From the IMG/VR virus record IMGVR_UViG_3300047510_002509: a stretch of DNA of 64,000 bases. One strand, 5' to 3'. The position numbers and the translations under genes are program-made. The DNA is from a virus. Numbering within the stretch: the stretch's first letter is position 1; each line of letters starts with the position of its first letter. The notes under the pieces were generated by a model. It had not been told where the DNA came from and did no database searches. It saw nothing but the letters and a program-made list of their open reading frames with translations. Below are positions 9,306 through 18,860 of this stretch, piece after piece.

Positions 9306-10009
9306 TAGTTGTACTCTTTCTTGTGCCAGATGTTATTTCGATAGTGACCAAACATTTTGGTCATACCATCCCACATGCGTTTTGAGGCTTTGTCACCTAA
9401 AGTCTCGTCGTACTCTGACTCCCATGCATCTCGTTTGAATGGGAAGATTTGGTAGATAGGAGTTCCTGCTGGAATTACTCCTTCAAAATTATCTTTCATG
9501 TAAAAAGGTAAATGTCCATGAGGCATTATTGCGTCAGAGTCATGAATACCATTCAATGTTGTGAATGGCAGGTCATAGCGATTAAACGGATGAGTAATTA
9601 ATACGCTATAGCCTGGAGGAGTTTGAATAGAAAAGGGTGTTACCCAAGCGTACTGCTGGGGGTTATGCCCTGCTGGTATTGGTAGTAATTCCATACCATG
9701 ATTGCTTCTATCATTAATTGGAGTAGGGTCAACAAGCCAATCTAGTTTTAAACCGTCTGGTCGTCTTGTAACCTGAACATCTTGCCACAATGTGGCTGTA
9801 TAACCTGAAATCATGGTATCAAAGAAGGGGACGCACATTTTCATGCTGATGTTGGAGCGAGCGCCTCTATCGGTATAAATAATAGAAGCTTCTTTGCCAT
9901 CTATAAATCTAGGAGATTTTTTATACCAATCTGGAACTACATTTCTGATAGGTATAGGTGTTTCAGGGTACTCATGACTTTTACCGAATTTGATTAGCTT
10001 TTTTCCCAT
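9305..10009 (-). CDS. Conserved phage protein (DUF6065-like)
   Basis: PDWYK, K.C.PFFD, TPPGYS.L.THP.NR, GTP.YQ..PFKR. Confidence 0.6.
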   Translation of the reverse strand: MGKKLIKFGKSHEYPETPIPIRNVVPDWYKKSPRFIDGKEASIIYTDRGARSNISMKMCVPFFDTMISGYTATLWQDVQVTRRPDGLKLDWLVDPTPINDRSNHGMELLPIPAGHNPQQYAWVTPFSIQTPPGYSVLITHPFNRYDLPFTTLNGIHDSDAIMPHGHLPFYMKDNFEGVIPAGTPIYQIFPFKRDAWESEYDETLGDKASKRMWDGMTKMFGHYRNNIWHKKEYN

Positions 10010-10023
10010 AATGACAGCCTATC

Positions 10024-10206
10024 CTACTTAGTTTCTAAACCATCAAGGACATCCACTTCATTGACAAAAGTAATTACACAATTCCATGAGCAAAAGTGTT
10101 TATCAATGTTTTTGTGGCTCAAAACTATGTAGTTTTGTTTATTGGCGTAAGTATTCTCGGTCCACGTTTCGCAAGATGGGCCGTCGCAGTGTAAGGCTAA
10201 TGACAT
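10024..10206 (-). CDS. Small zinc-finger protein
   Basis: CDGPSC...HFCSWNC. Confidence 0.6.
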   Translation of the reverse strand: MSLALHCDGPSCETWTENTYANKQNYIVLSHKNIDKHFCSWNCVITFVNEVDVLDGLETK

Positions 10207-10243
10207 GTCTTTTGTCTTTCTTGTCGTTTTATTATTTCTTAGT

Positions 10244-10540
10244 TTATAGCTCGCCTATGTCCATGTCAAGAGGTTTGCTGTAGTGAGAGTCGTGAACCCG
10301 CTCCGAACTCACACGCTGAGCCAAAGACTTGATTTTCTCGTAACTAAAGCCAGACCAGACTTCGATGTCTGTTGCGACTATAGGCGCGGTGGTGTACCCC
10401 TGCTCGATAAACTCTTTAGCTTTATCTGGATGGTCTTGTAGGGCTACCTCGGTGAACTCGACGCCTTCTACTCGTAGCATGCGCTTAGTGCTCTCGCACT
10501 GGACGCAATTGGGTAAGGTATAAACGTTTACATTAATCAT
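10244..10540 (-). CDS. nrdH: NrdH-like glutaredoxin
   Basis: VYTLPNCVQC..TKR; GY..APIV; WSGF. Confidence 0.9.
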   Translation of the reverse strand: MINVNVYTLPNCVQCESTKRMLRVEGVEFTEVALQDHPDKAKEFIEQGYTTAPIVATDIEVWSGFSYEKIKSLAQRVSSERVHDSHYSKPLDMDIGEL

Positions 10541-10560
10541 TGTAAAACTATACTCTAGGG

Positions 10561-11343
10561 CTAGGACAGTTTAATAATCTGACCAGCATAAATTTTATTT
10601 GGATCCTTAATGCCGTTCAGCTTTACTAATGCAGCGACAGTTGTTTTGTTTCTTGCTGCAATTCTAGTAAGAGTGTCTCCACGCACAACCGTATAGGTTT
10701 TAGCAGTTGGCGCAGCCGCAGCTGTGGAAGATGGTTTTGCTTTCGCAGGCGCAGTTGCTGATGGCTTCGTGGCTGGAGCTTTCTCGTGCGTCGGTGCTGG
10801 TGCCACAGGTGCATCCTCTGGAGTCGGTAGGGGTGCAGCTGCAACTACCTTCTCGCTCGCAATTACAGACTTGATGAACTCGATTGGCTCCAAAAATCCT
10901 GATCCATCTGCTGACCATCCGTGTTTCTTTCCTTTCCAAAACTCAAGGTGTAAATGTACACCAGTACTCATTCCGCTGGTGCCCATGACACCAATTACTG
11001 TTCCAGCTTCCACCTTCTGACCAGACTTAACTTGAATTGAGCCTTTCTCAAGGTGGGCATAAAGATGGCTAATCCACTGACCATTTACTTGGCTAGTGAT
11101 TTTGACATAATAACCAAATCCGCCTGGCTCGCCGCCATTACCTTTTGCATTCGATGCACCTGCAAAATCTACCTTGCCATCAAAGCAAGCTTCGACATAG
11201 GTCTTCTTACCCTTACCAACAATGTCAGTTCCATTGTGGTGCTTCTTATCTTTTGTAACTGGATGAATTCTCCAGCCCATGTGACTGGTTACCTTCCAGT
11301 CTTTGTTTGGAACTCCATCGATGGGGAATTGTGACTTAGCCAT
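10561..11343 (-). CDS. M23 peptidase with LysM domain (endolysin)
   Basis: HNGTD, YAHL, STGVHLHLE; Ala/Pro linker; YTVVRGDTL..IA...L.KLNGI.DPN.I..GQ. Confidence 0.92.
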   Translation of the reverse strand: MAKSQFPIDGVPNKDWKVTSHMGWRIHPVTKDKKHHNGTDIVGKGKKTYVEACFDGKVDFAGASNAKGNGGEPGGFGYYVKITSQVNGQWISHLYAHLEKGSIQVKSGQKVEAGTVIGVMGTSGMSTGVHLHLEFWKGKKHGWSADGSGFLEPIEFIKSVIASEKVVAAAPLPTPEDAPVAPAPTHEKAPATKPSATAPAKAKPSSTAAAAPTAKTYTVVRGDTLTRIAARNKTTVAALVKLNGIKDPNKIYAGQIIKLS

Positions 11344-11352
11344 TAAAGTGAA

Positions 11353-11400
11353 TCTTTCTAGTTGGGAAGTTATATAAAAATACTAAGCCAACTAGAAAGA
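11353..11400. terminator. Inverted repeat between the M23 genes
   Basis: TCTTTCTAGTTGG...CCAACTAGAAAGA, 13-bp arms. Confidence 0.5.
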
Positions 11401-11430
11401 CACGACTTTAAATTAGAACGCATGTACTAG

Positions 11431-12087
11431 TTACGGTTTTTTCTTAGTGGGCTTTGAATTGAAGCTTGGGACGGGGTTCACAAGCTTTCCTGTTGGTTTC
11501 TTTTTTGCTTTTAAATTACTGGTATCAAAGCTAGGAGGTGTAGTGTTTATGTCTGCATCTTCAGGAGTGATTTCCTGAGCAGAGCTTTTTAACTTTTCAA
11601 ACGCCATAACAGCTTCAACAAAAGCAATAGGACTGACAAAACCTTTTCCGTTTAGGTCCCAGCGGTGGGTTTTTCCTTCAACAATTTCAAAGTGAAGATG
11701 TCTTCCAGCAGAAGCTCCAGTGTTTCCCATGATGCCAAGGATTGTTCCAGCTTCGACTTTTTGACCAGTCTTTACTTTTAATGAACCCTCTGCCATATGA
11801 CCAGAACGAGTTACATACCACTTGCCATCAATCTTTGAGCGGATGTCGACGTAGTACCCAATGCCACCTAGAGAGCCATCAGAGTTTTTTAACTTTGAGG
11901 GTCCTGCATATACCACTGTGCCGTCGTGCCATGCTTCGATGTAAATCTTTGGGTTTGATCCCCAAATGTCGTCACCGTTATGATGCTTTTTTGTTTTTTC
12001 GATGGGATGTATGCGCCATCCAAACGGACTTGTAATTTTCCAAGCCTTGCCTTTTTTCCCGTCAATCGGGTACTGAGTTTTAGCCAA
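11431..12087 (-). CDS. Second M23 peptidase (paralog, no LysM)
   Basis: HHNGDD, GASAGRHLHFE; N-terminus similar to the 10561 gene; TTG start behind AAGGA. Confidence 0.88.
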   Translation of the reverse strand: MAKTQYPIDGKKGKAWKITSPFGWRIHPIEKTKKHHNGDDIWGSNPKIYIEAWHDGTVVYAGPSKLKNSDGSLGGIGYYVDIRSKIDGKWYVTRSGHMAEGSLKVKTGQKVEAGTILGIMGNTGASAGRHLHFEIVEGKTHRWDLNGKGFVSPIAFVEAVMAFEKLKSSAQEITPEDADINTTPPSFDTSNLKAKKKPTGKLVNPVPSFNSKPTKKKP

Positions 12088-12133
12088 TTTGTTCCTTACA
12101 CTAACAAAACAGGGAATATCCCTAATTTCATTA

Positions 12134-12640
12134 TTACAAGGTGTCTGGATAAGTTTTATAGATTAGATGTAAAACTGAGTCGTTTACTGGGGTCTTAGCT
12201 TTGTAAAGTGATTCTGTTTTGACGAATTCTGACTTCTCTAAAACTCTTATACTCTTCTTATTTTCTCGCTGTACATAAGCCTCTAAATAGTTAAGCTTCA
12301 AAGCATCAAATGCGTGCTGTCTCAGTAAACGAGTTGCAGTGGTTGCAATATTTCTATTAGACAGTTGTGAGTCAACCCAGTAGCTAACTAACGCGCTGTT
12401 AGTTGCCTTATCTATTTGAAGAATAATTTGACCACAAGGGTAGTTTTGCCAAGAGATAGTAAAAATTTTTGCTTCAACATCTTCTCTTGGTGCAATCCTA
12501 TATTGCTCAATATAATGAGCGTTTCTGTCGTATGCGTCTTTTATGCTGGCTGAGTCAACGGTAGTAGCCGTAGAAACAGAAACCAGACCCTGCGATAAAC
12601 TCACAAGGTCTGGCTCTATAAATTCTTTGGTGCGTTCCAA
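12134..12640 (-). CDS. RimJ/RimL-type GNAT acetyltransferase
   Basis: SYWVD...NRNIAT; EAYVQREN..SIRVLEK..F. Confidence 0.8.
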   Translation of the reverse strand: MERTKEFIEPDLVSLSQGLVSVSTATTVDSASIKDAYDRNAHYIEQYRIAPREDVEAKIFTISWQNYPCGQIILQIDKATNSALVSYWVDSQLSNRNIATTATRLLRQHAFDALKLNYLEAYVQRENKKSIRVLEKSEFVKTESLYKAKTPVNDSVLHLIYKTYPDTL

Positions 12641-12898
12641 CTACTCGGTTGGTTCAGCGGGTGGTGCTAGTACTTCCGTGACAAAAACATCATCGTAAGT
12701 AGGTGGATGTAGATTCTCTTTTGGTTCCCAGTTTTGAAGACCTGCTTCTTCAAGAGCTGCAAAATATGGAGCCTCTAGGCTTGCCCTATCTGCTTCTACA
12801 GCTGGATTGTCGTGGTCTGTTGCTAGTTCTAGCATCTTTGCACGCAGCCAAGCAATCTTCTCCTTCGGGTCATCGAAGTGAGGAATTTGAACTGCCAT
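12641..12898 (-). CDS. Hypothetical protein
   Basis: AAGGAAGGA SD before MAVQ. Confidence 0.65.
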   Translation of the reverse strand: MAVQIPHFDDPKEKIAWLRAKMLELATDHDNPAVEADRASLEAPYFAALEEAGLQNWEPKENLHPPTYDDVFVTEVLAPPAEPTE

Positions 12899-13196
12899 CG
12901 TGGTCCTTCCTTGTGCTTTGGTATTCAATCATAGCATTACTACGTATATAGAATACTTTTTACTTTTTACCTACACGCCGTCTGATTTGAATTGAAATAG
13001 ACGCCTTCTGAGCTCTATGTTCTCTTTTTGTAAGGCTATGTTCTGTCTCCAGAATATGCCCATAACTGTTAAACAACCTAGTAGTGCAATTATTATCGCG
13101 ATTACATCGCCTTGGGTAAGTGTCATGGGGTAAGTATGTGGGCAAGCCTATTGGCACGTCAATAGGCTCGCCCAACGGAGTATTTCACATTTATGC

Positions 13197-13607
13197 CTAT
13201 TTGATGAGAAAACTCTTGATTTGTCTGCCATCAATAATTATTGGAGCTTTTCCATCATGCCAGACCAAAAAGCCAACTGGCATTTTTAATTGATTTTCGA
13301 GAAAGTGGTCCCAGTGGTGGTGTCTGGTTAGCCCAGCTATGGGATTCACATCGTTGTGCCCAGTTTGGTCAGCTTTAGTGGTTTGAGGCCACCTAACAAA
13401 TCTGCCTCGAAGGGTGGAGGGGCATCCATTTAATGGATACTCGACTCGAAGGATTACGTTGAAAAGAAGCTTTCCAGCTCCTACTGTTGTGAAAGATGTT
13501 TGCTTCTTTGCGCCAAATCTGACAAGAGTCCATTTATCTGGCTCTATTGTTTGCTTATCTTTTCCTGATTCAGTTTTTGCTAACAAGGGTGTTCCTAGGT
13601 ACTGCAA
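13197..13607 (-). CDS. Hypothetical protein
   Basis: 136-aa ORF. Confidence 0.6.
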   Translation of the reverse strand: MQYLGTPLLAKTESGKDKQTIEPDKWTLVRFGAKKQTSFTTVGAGKLLFNVILRVEYPLNGCPSTLRGRFVRWPQTTKADQTGHNDVNPIAGLTRHHHWDHFLENQLKMPVGFLVWHDGKAPIIIDGRQIKSFLIK

Positions 13608-13655
13608 GTAGTAAAAGAATTTCTTTTACTGATTACACTATAGAACAGTAAAGAC

Positions 13656-13826
13656 TTACCTACTTGAGTAAAACCCTTTTGCTTTAAACACGATTGGCGG
13701 GGCAGAGAAAACCCTAGTCATCTCTTCCCCGCACTCCGTGCAAGTCACTTGTTCTTCTTCAGCAGTCATAGAACGAACGACTTCTTTGTAATGTTCTTTA
13801 GAACATTTGTAGTCGTAAGTTGCCAC
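13656..13826 (-). CDS. FmdB-family zinc-ribbon protein (not in ORF track)
   Basis: Hand translation MATYDYKCSKEH...CTECGEEMTRVFSAPPIVFKAKGFYSSR; GTG start overlaps the RNR stop. Confidence 0.85.
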   Translation of the reverse strand: MATYDYKCSKEHYKEVVRSMTAEEEQVTCTECGEEMTRVFSAPPIVFKAKGFYSSR

Positions 13827-15874
13827 TACTTATCCTTTTGATTCTCCACAATAAGCTTAATCTCGCAAGCGTCTGTGGTGCAGTAAGCGTCTCCAATAGC
13901 ATCAGCTGCAAGACCTGCGTACACTCCAGAAAAATCAATTGGGAAGAGCTTCATCAATGAAGCCTCGTACTCTTCTTCGGTGATTTGGGTGTAAGGCATT
14001 TGTGGGTAGGTAAAGTTTCCTGAAGGTAGGAAAGATACAGTCTTAAGCTGTCCGTCGTACATGTGAAGGACTGTGCCTACATGTTGACCTTCTGTCTCAG
14101 GATCAAATGAAACTGTTACAGATACAGAGTTGTCTGACCAATAGTGCTGAGCCATTGCAGCCAATGACATCTTCTCAAAGATAGTAACGTCGCGTTCTGC
14201 ACGTTCTGCATCTGATTTGATTGGGAAGTAAACAACAGAAGTTGTCTCAGGAGATTCAGATGCTGGTTCTACTGTGTAGTTAGCCATCTTGAAAAGTGGA
14301 AGCATTGGGTCATTGTTTCCAAAACGAATTGCTCGCTTGAAGAACTTTCCACCTGGAGTCCAGTGAACTCCTGGAGACTCTCCTGCAAGAATTGAGACAG
14401 TGCCAGAAGGCTTAACGGTTGTGGTCTTAATAGACTCACGGACACCTAGCCACTCTGAGTAAACGGTGTCGTACTTTTTAATAACTGCATAGCCTTCATC
14501 CATCCACTGACGAAGAGTAGGTAGACCAACTCTGTCTGCGAAGTTTGCAACACCTGACATAGATGTTCCGATGCGACGGTTACGCTGCATGATTGCGTTT
14601 GTCTCTTCCCAGTGGGTTGGAAGAAGAGTTACAGTCTTAGCGTAAAGGTATGCGAACTTTAATGTGCGCTTGTAATCTTCGAGTGAGTCGTGACGGTTGA
14701 GGTAAGTTTCAACGAGCGTACACATTTCATATGATTCGAGAGACTGTTCTGCACAAGGGTTGTAACCTGCGATTCGCCAGTCCTTGTTATTGATTGGGTC
14801 TGCCAAGCGTCCGTACTGACGAGACGTGTCCATCCAGATAACACCAGGCTCACCATTGCGGACAATTCCATCAATGATTGGGTTGAAGTCAGTTCCAACT
14901 TCAACTGCGACTGAGTTGTTTGACATCCATGCCCAACCTGGGTTTTCTGCGTCGTATGAGTTGCGCTCAGGGAAACGCTCTGCATTCTTGAGGTTGAGGA
15001 ACTCTTCATCATTGATGTCACCAATGAGGATTTCTGCGCTTCGACGAACATTGCCAGAGACTACACAACGACCAATCAAATTGCCAATATCAGCAATATC
15101 TGTACGAGTTAGTTTTTCACCTGCACGTCCAGTAAACATTTTACGAATAATGTCATGAAGAAGAACTAGTGGGTCTGGACCAGATGCTGTTCCACCAAAG
15201 GTTGCAATAGGTGCGCCGTATGGGCGAATCTCTGAGTAATCAAAAGTTAGCGCCTTCTGTCCTTCTTTAAGGAAAGAGTTAATAAGTGCAACCGTCGACT
15301 CCTGCCAGCCTTCGCGGGTGTCGGGGATGAGATAGAAATCCTCACCTGTTGGCTCATAGATAGTGAAGTCTTTGTCAGCGCCAAGTTGGTCAAAACCAAC
15401 ACCAACACCAAGCATCGATGCTTCCATAAGGAATGCAAAAGGTTTTGCTGGATTTAGCTTTGTCATCTCTGCAGTTGAAACAAATGCACAGTTTTGAAGT
15501 GCAGCAGAGTTTTTCTGCTCATTAACAATTGGAGTTCCCATAACCCAAAGTCCACGTCCTGGTGGAGTCCACTTCAAGTTGAAGAGACGGTCAAAAAATT
15601 CTTTTGCGGATGATTGAGCTTTTGAATCATTCCAAGGGAGACGCTGTGACTTTGCGTAATCCTTCTGAAGTGAGTATGTACCGTTAGTTACGCGCTCGCA
15701 GACATCTGCCCAAGTCTCTTTACTTCCATCTTCTTTCTTACGTGAGTATGTACGTAAGAAGGTGATTTCACCTACGGAGTTACCTGCTGAGTCTGTATAA
15801 CCAAAAGGTGCTTTCTTATCCTTGTACGTTGCAACATAGTCTTTTGACAGGGAAAAAGAGAAAGCAATACTCAC
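13826..15874 (-). CDS. nrdJ: Class II (adenosylcobalamin-dependent) ribonucleotide reductase, monomeric type
   Basis: RTYSR, PPGRGLW, ALQNC, GNVRRSA, NPCAEQ, TTVKPSGTVS, C-terminal CTTDAC. Confidence 0.93.
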   Translation of the reverse strand: MSIAFSFSLSKDYVATYKDKKAPFGYTDSAGNSVGEITFLRTYSRKKEDGSKETWADVCERVTNGTYSLQKDYAKSQRLPWNDSKAQSSAKEFFDRLFNLKWTPPGRGLWVMGTPIVNEQKNSAALQNCAFVSTAEMTKLNPAKPFAFLMEASMLGVGVGFDQLGADKDFTIYEPTGEDFYLIPDTREGWQESTVALINSFLKEGQKALTFDYSEIRPYGAPIATFGGTASGPDPLVLLHDIIRKMFTGRAGEKLTRTDIADIGNLIGRCVVSGNVRRSAEILIGDINDEEFLNLKNAERFPERNSYDAENPGWAWMSNNSVAVEVGTDFNPIIDGIVRNGEPGVIWMDTSRQYGRLADPINNKDWRIAGYNPCAEQSLESYEMCTLVETYLNRHDSLEDYKRTLKFAYLYAKTVTLLPTHWEETNAIMQRNRRIGTSMSGVANFADRVGLPTLRQWMDEGYAVIKKYDTVYSEWLGVRESIKTTTVKPSGTVSILAGESPGVHWTPGGKFFKRAIRFGNNDPMLPLFKMANYTVEPASESPETTSVVYFPIKSDAERAERDVTIFEKMSLAAMAQHYWSDNSVSVTVSFDPETEGQHVGTVLHMYDGQLKTVSFLPSGNFTYPQMPYTQITEEEYEASLMKLFPIDFSGVYAGLAADAIGDAYCTTDACEIKLIVENQKDK

Positions 15875-15944
15875 GGTAATCTCCTTATGAGATGAAAGGT
15901 TGGGGTGTGATTGTATAGTTTAGCGCAGATAAAACAAGATGAAA

Positions 15945-16100
15945 CTAGGACTTAGGTTTATTCCAACCAGAGTGTTGTCCTGCACATCCTTGTCGAGGAC
16001 ATCTTGGACGACCATGACCGTCGTCATACTCTCTAGGACGTCCACAATATGGACACTTGTCGCGCATGTTTTCTGGAAGCTTCTCAGGGGTGGGTCTCAT
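15945..16100 (-). CDS. Small Cys-rich protein (not in ORF track)
   Basis: MRPTPEK...CPYCG...CPRQGC; GAGGAG SD. Confidence 0.6.
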   Translation of the reverse strand: MRPTPEKLPENMRDKCPYCGRPREYDDGHGRPRCPRQGCAGQHSGWNKPKS

Positions 16101-16482
16101 TGTGGCTCCTCTCTAGGCTATTATCTCCTAAAAAGAAAACGTTCATTTCCAATTCTTGAGCAATAGCCAGCTCTAATCGAGCACCAGCAGAATTTTCCCA
16201 ACCGTTAATCATTACTATAGATTCACACTTTAAAAGTGCTTCAATGTCTCGACGCATATAAATCTTGCGTGGGTAGATGTAGTTCTCGTCAAACTCTTCT
16301 GCAGGATTCCATACGGTATATCCCTGTTTTCTGAGGAATTCTGCTGCTTTATTAAACGCTGGACGGTTGTAATCTGGAAGCCCTGTCATCGGACCAGAAA
16401 GATAGTAAATACTCATTGTTGGTTTTAGAGTCTTTTCTTTTTGGTCTTTAGCAAGAAGATGGGCCATTCGTGGTGACAACAT
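16084..16482 (-). CDS. DUF4406 / nucleoside 2-deoxyribosyltransferase-like protein
   Basis: YLSGPMTG.PDYN.PAF; NPA; YMRRD...L..C; W..S.GA.LE. Confidence 0.85.
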   Translation of the reverse strand: MLSPRMAHLLAKDQKEKTLKPTMSIYYLSGPMTGLPDYNRPAFNKAAEFLRKQGYTVWNPAEEFDENYIYPRKIYMRRDIEALLKCESIVMINGWENSAGARLELAIAQELEMNVFFLGDNSLERSHNETHP

Positions 16483-17009
16483 TAGTGCTCGTGGTTAGAG
16501 ACAATCATGTCGTACTTTCCACACTCCCCACACTCGATTCTCTCTATTGGACCTTCAATATCATAATCCAAATACAACTGACCATCAATTTCAGTGTCAT
16601 CTGGGATTCCTGCCTTGTCTACTGCTTCAAGCCACTGACGAACATCTGAGACATATCTTGGATTACCAGTACCTGCATCCATAAAAATAAACAAAGACGC
16701 TGAAGTTGTATTGGTTTTAGTACGACGAATATGCCCATACTCATCTAGGAAAGAGTCTTCTGGATTTTCTTCATCATCGAAGTCATAAAGTCTTTGAGGT
16801 TTTTCCTCTTCTTCTGGGTCTTCGATTGTCATAAGTTGAGCAAGTAGAAAGTCAGTCATATGAGACGCTTGTTCAAGACAAAGTGAATATTGACTATCTG
16901 GTCGAGACAGGTCCCATTCAATAGGGAACTGTTCTGGGTGATCGGGGTCCCATCCACCTTGGCGCATTAGTTCTACAGCCATGTGCTGCTTCAACTCTTC
17001 TACATTCAT
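16482..17009 (-). CDS. Acidic hypothetical protein with C-terminal CxxC
   Basis: Translationally coupled ORF. Confidence 0.7.
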   Translation of the reverse strand: MNVEELKQHMAVELMRQGGWDPDHPEQFPIEWDLSRPDSQYSLCLEQASHMTDFLLAQLMTIEDPEEEEKPQRLYDFDDEENPEDSFLDEYGHIRRTKTNTTSASLFIFMDAGTGNPRYVSDVRQWLEAVDKAGIPDDTEIDGQLYLDYDIEGPIERIECGECGKYDMIVSNHEH

Positions 17010-17362
17010 TAGCCTTGTTTCCTTAAATCTTTACGAACGATAAGTTTTGCTGGCGGTCTACAACAGCCGTCACATCCGTGAATTGCTACATAGATGTCTT
17101 TACTAAGCATAAACTCGTCTGGGTCTGGATGGCCTACGCCATGCGGACAAGTTCTTTCCATAATTCCAAGGTCGCTTCTCCAATACTGTGGGTATGAGCG
17201 CATGTGGTGTTCTGAGCGGTTATGGACAGTGCAAAACGGTCCAATACATTCTTCAGGGTTATGGACATTGTTGATAACAATATCTGTGTGCTCTAGAACA
17301 GCTGAGTCATATGGCAGTTCGTCGTTAAAAAGTTTTGAGTCTTGTTTCTTTTTCCTAGCCAT
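17009..17362 (-). CDS. Cys/His-rich phage protein
   Basis: C..HN.S.H.M; ER.CPHGVGHPDPD; HGCDGCC. Confidence 0.75.
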   Translation of the reverse strand: MARKKKQDSKLFNDELPYDSAVLEHTDIVINNVHNPEECIGPFCTVHNRSEHHMRSYPQYWRSDLGIMERTCPHGVGHPDPDEFMLSKDIYVAIHGCDGCCRPPAKLIVRKDLRKQG

Positions 17363-17409
17363 GAGCGTCCTTTTCTCTTTATGAGTACATCCTACTGTAG
17401 AGTCATTCT

Positions 17410-18066
17410 ATGGTCCCGCATTACAACATTGTGATTGCAACTCCTGCTGGAAGTTTCAAACCAGATTATGTAAAGAGTTTGGTCGAGACAACCAAGTGGA
17501 TGAATAAAAAAGGCTACTCATATCACTTCGTATCGCAGTACTCATCCTTTGTTCCAAACGCTAGGGAAAATACCGCTACAGATTCTGCAGGGGCAGACTG
17601 GGATGCGGTGGACTTTGGCGGTGGCTCATTTACCTGCGAAAAGGTCGTATGGATAGATTCAGACATCTCTTGGTCAGTCGAAGCTTTTGAGACCCTGATT
17701 CAAGGCGATAAAGACATTGTTTCGGGGATGTATGCGGTGGGGAGAGATGGTCGGATTGCCGCTATGCGTTTAGGGGAAAGTGGAGCGCCTATGTCTTTAA
17801 ATGCCATGGATTTCCTAGTTGAGGGAGAGCCTGTGCTAGTTGATGGGGTTGGCTTCGGGTTTGTGGCTATCAAGGCTGAGGTCTTTAGAAAGATGCCTAG
17901 ACCTTGGTTCAAAATCCGAGAGGTTGGGATTGAAGGGGCAGACTTTCCTGTCATGTTAGGGGAAGACTACTCTTGGTGTGTGGGGGCAAAAGAGGCTGGA
18001 TTTAGAATTTGGCTGCACCCTTTGGTGAGGGTTGAACACCATAAATCTGCAATTTTTACTGTTTAA
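17410..18066 (+). CDS. GT-A fold glycosyltransferase-like protein
   Basis: IATP, AR, WIDSD (DxD), DIVSG.Y, GFGF, GEDY.WC, H.K. Confidence 0.8.
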   Translation: MVPHYNIVIATPAGSFKPDYVKSLVETTKWMNKKGYSYHFVSQYSSFVPNARENTATDSAGADWDAVDFGGGSFTCEKVVWIDSDISWSVEAFETLIQGDKDIVSGMYAVGRDGRIAAMRLGESGAPMSLNAMDFLVEGEPVLVDGVGFGFVAIKAEVFRKMPRPWFKIREVGIEGADFPVMLGEDYSWCVGAKEAGFRIWLHPLVRVEHHKSAIFTV

Positions 18067-18405
18067 AGACCTTCCTGCACTTTAGAACGAAACTAGTGTA
18101 TAGTGTTAGGTGTATATTCTTACTATGCCGAAAAATAAAAAAACTTAGAAAAAAACTTGATAGTACTGTTTTTTGCAGGAAAATCGCTACTATCATGGAA
18201 AATTCAAAAACTTTTTAAAAATCTTGATAGTAAGAATAAAAACTATACTTAATATTTTAATATTCAACCTATTTCCTATACGTGTATGAAAAAAACATTC
18301 CACCCCCCAAGAAAATGGGTTGAGAATTAGAATATTAAGAACTAGTGTATAGTCTTTAGTGTATAGTGTATACTCTTAGAAAAGATCAAAAAGAGGGAGA
18401 TTAGG
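18067..18405. other. AT-rich intergenic region with TAGTGTATAG repeats (candidate origin or control region)
   Basis: Long A/T tracts; repeats near 18094, 18344 and 18357. Confidence 0.45.
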
Positions 18406-18441
18406 TTGACAAGTTCTCTAGTGTTAGGTAATAATACTTTT

Positions 18442-18633
18442 ATGAATGACAAAATGACAGTGACTCCTGAGAGAGTCAAATATGTGATTGCTGGTCGTTT
18501 GATGAAAGATTGGTTTCCAACAAGGATTCCAGTTGATGCAGACGAGTGGTTAAAAATAGCAACTAGAGATGCTGAGTCTGTGGTTGATGAATTAATGGCT
18601 CATGGACTTTTGAAAGTTGAAGGTGCCAAATGA
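18442..18633 (+). CDS. Hypothetical protein (leaderless)
   Basis: TTGACA(18406)-18-AATAAT, then 6 nt to the ATG. Confidence 0.65.
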   Translation: MNDKMTVTPERVKYVIAGRLMKDWFPTRIPVDADEWLKIATRDAESVVDELMAHGLLKVEGAK

Positions 18634-18860
18634 GTTGGGAACAAGTAGCAGTTCTTGCTTTAGTTAATTTTCTAAGTGTGTTCATGGCGATGTTTATTAT
18701 TTCTGCCATAAACGCATACAGAGAAGCACGACGAAAGAATGAGTTTCTAGAAACTATGTTTGGGAACTTAATTCAAAAAGCTGAAACAGATGTCCAGTTC
18801 AGGAACATCATGGGCTGGAACTTTATGAGAGACGAAAGAGACAACAATGACGGACGCTAG
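18630..18860 (+). CDS. Small membrane protein
   Basis: N-terminal TM segment; ATGA overlap. Confidence 0.65.
   Translation: MSWEQVAVLALVNFLSVFMAMFIISAINAYREARRKNEFLETMFGNLIQKAETDVQFRNIMGWNFMRDERDNNDGR

Noticed and set aside
12960-13175. 71-aa minus-strand ORF
   Set aside because: No clear SD or motif, so coding status cannot be supported.
13826-15874. Intron or intein in the RNR
   Set aside because: Continuous 682-aa ORF of normal size with motifs in the expected order.
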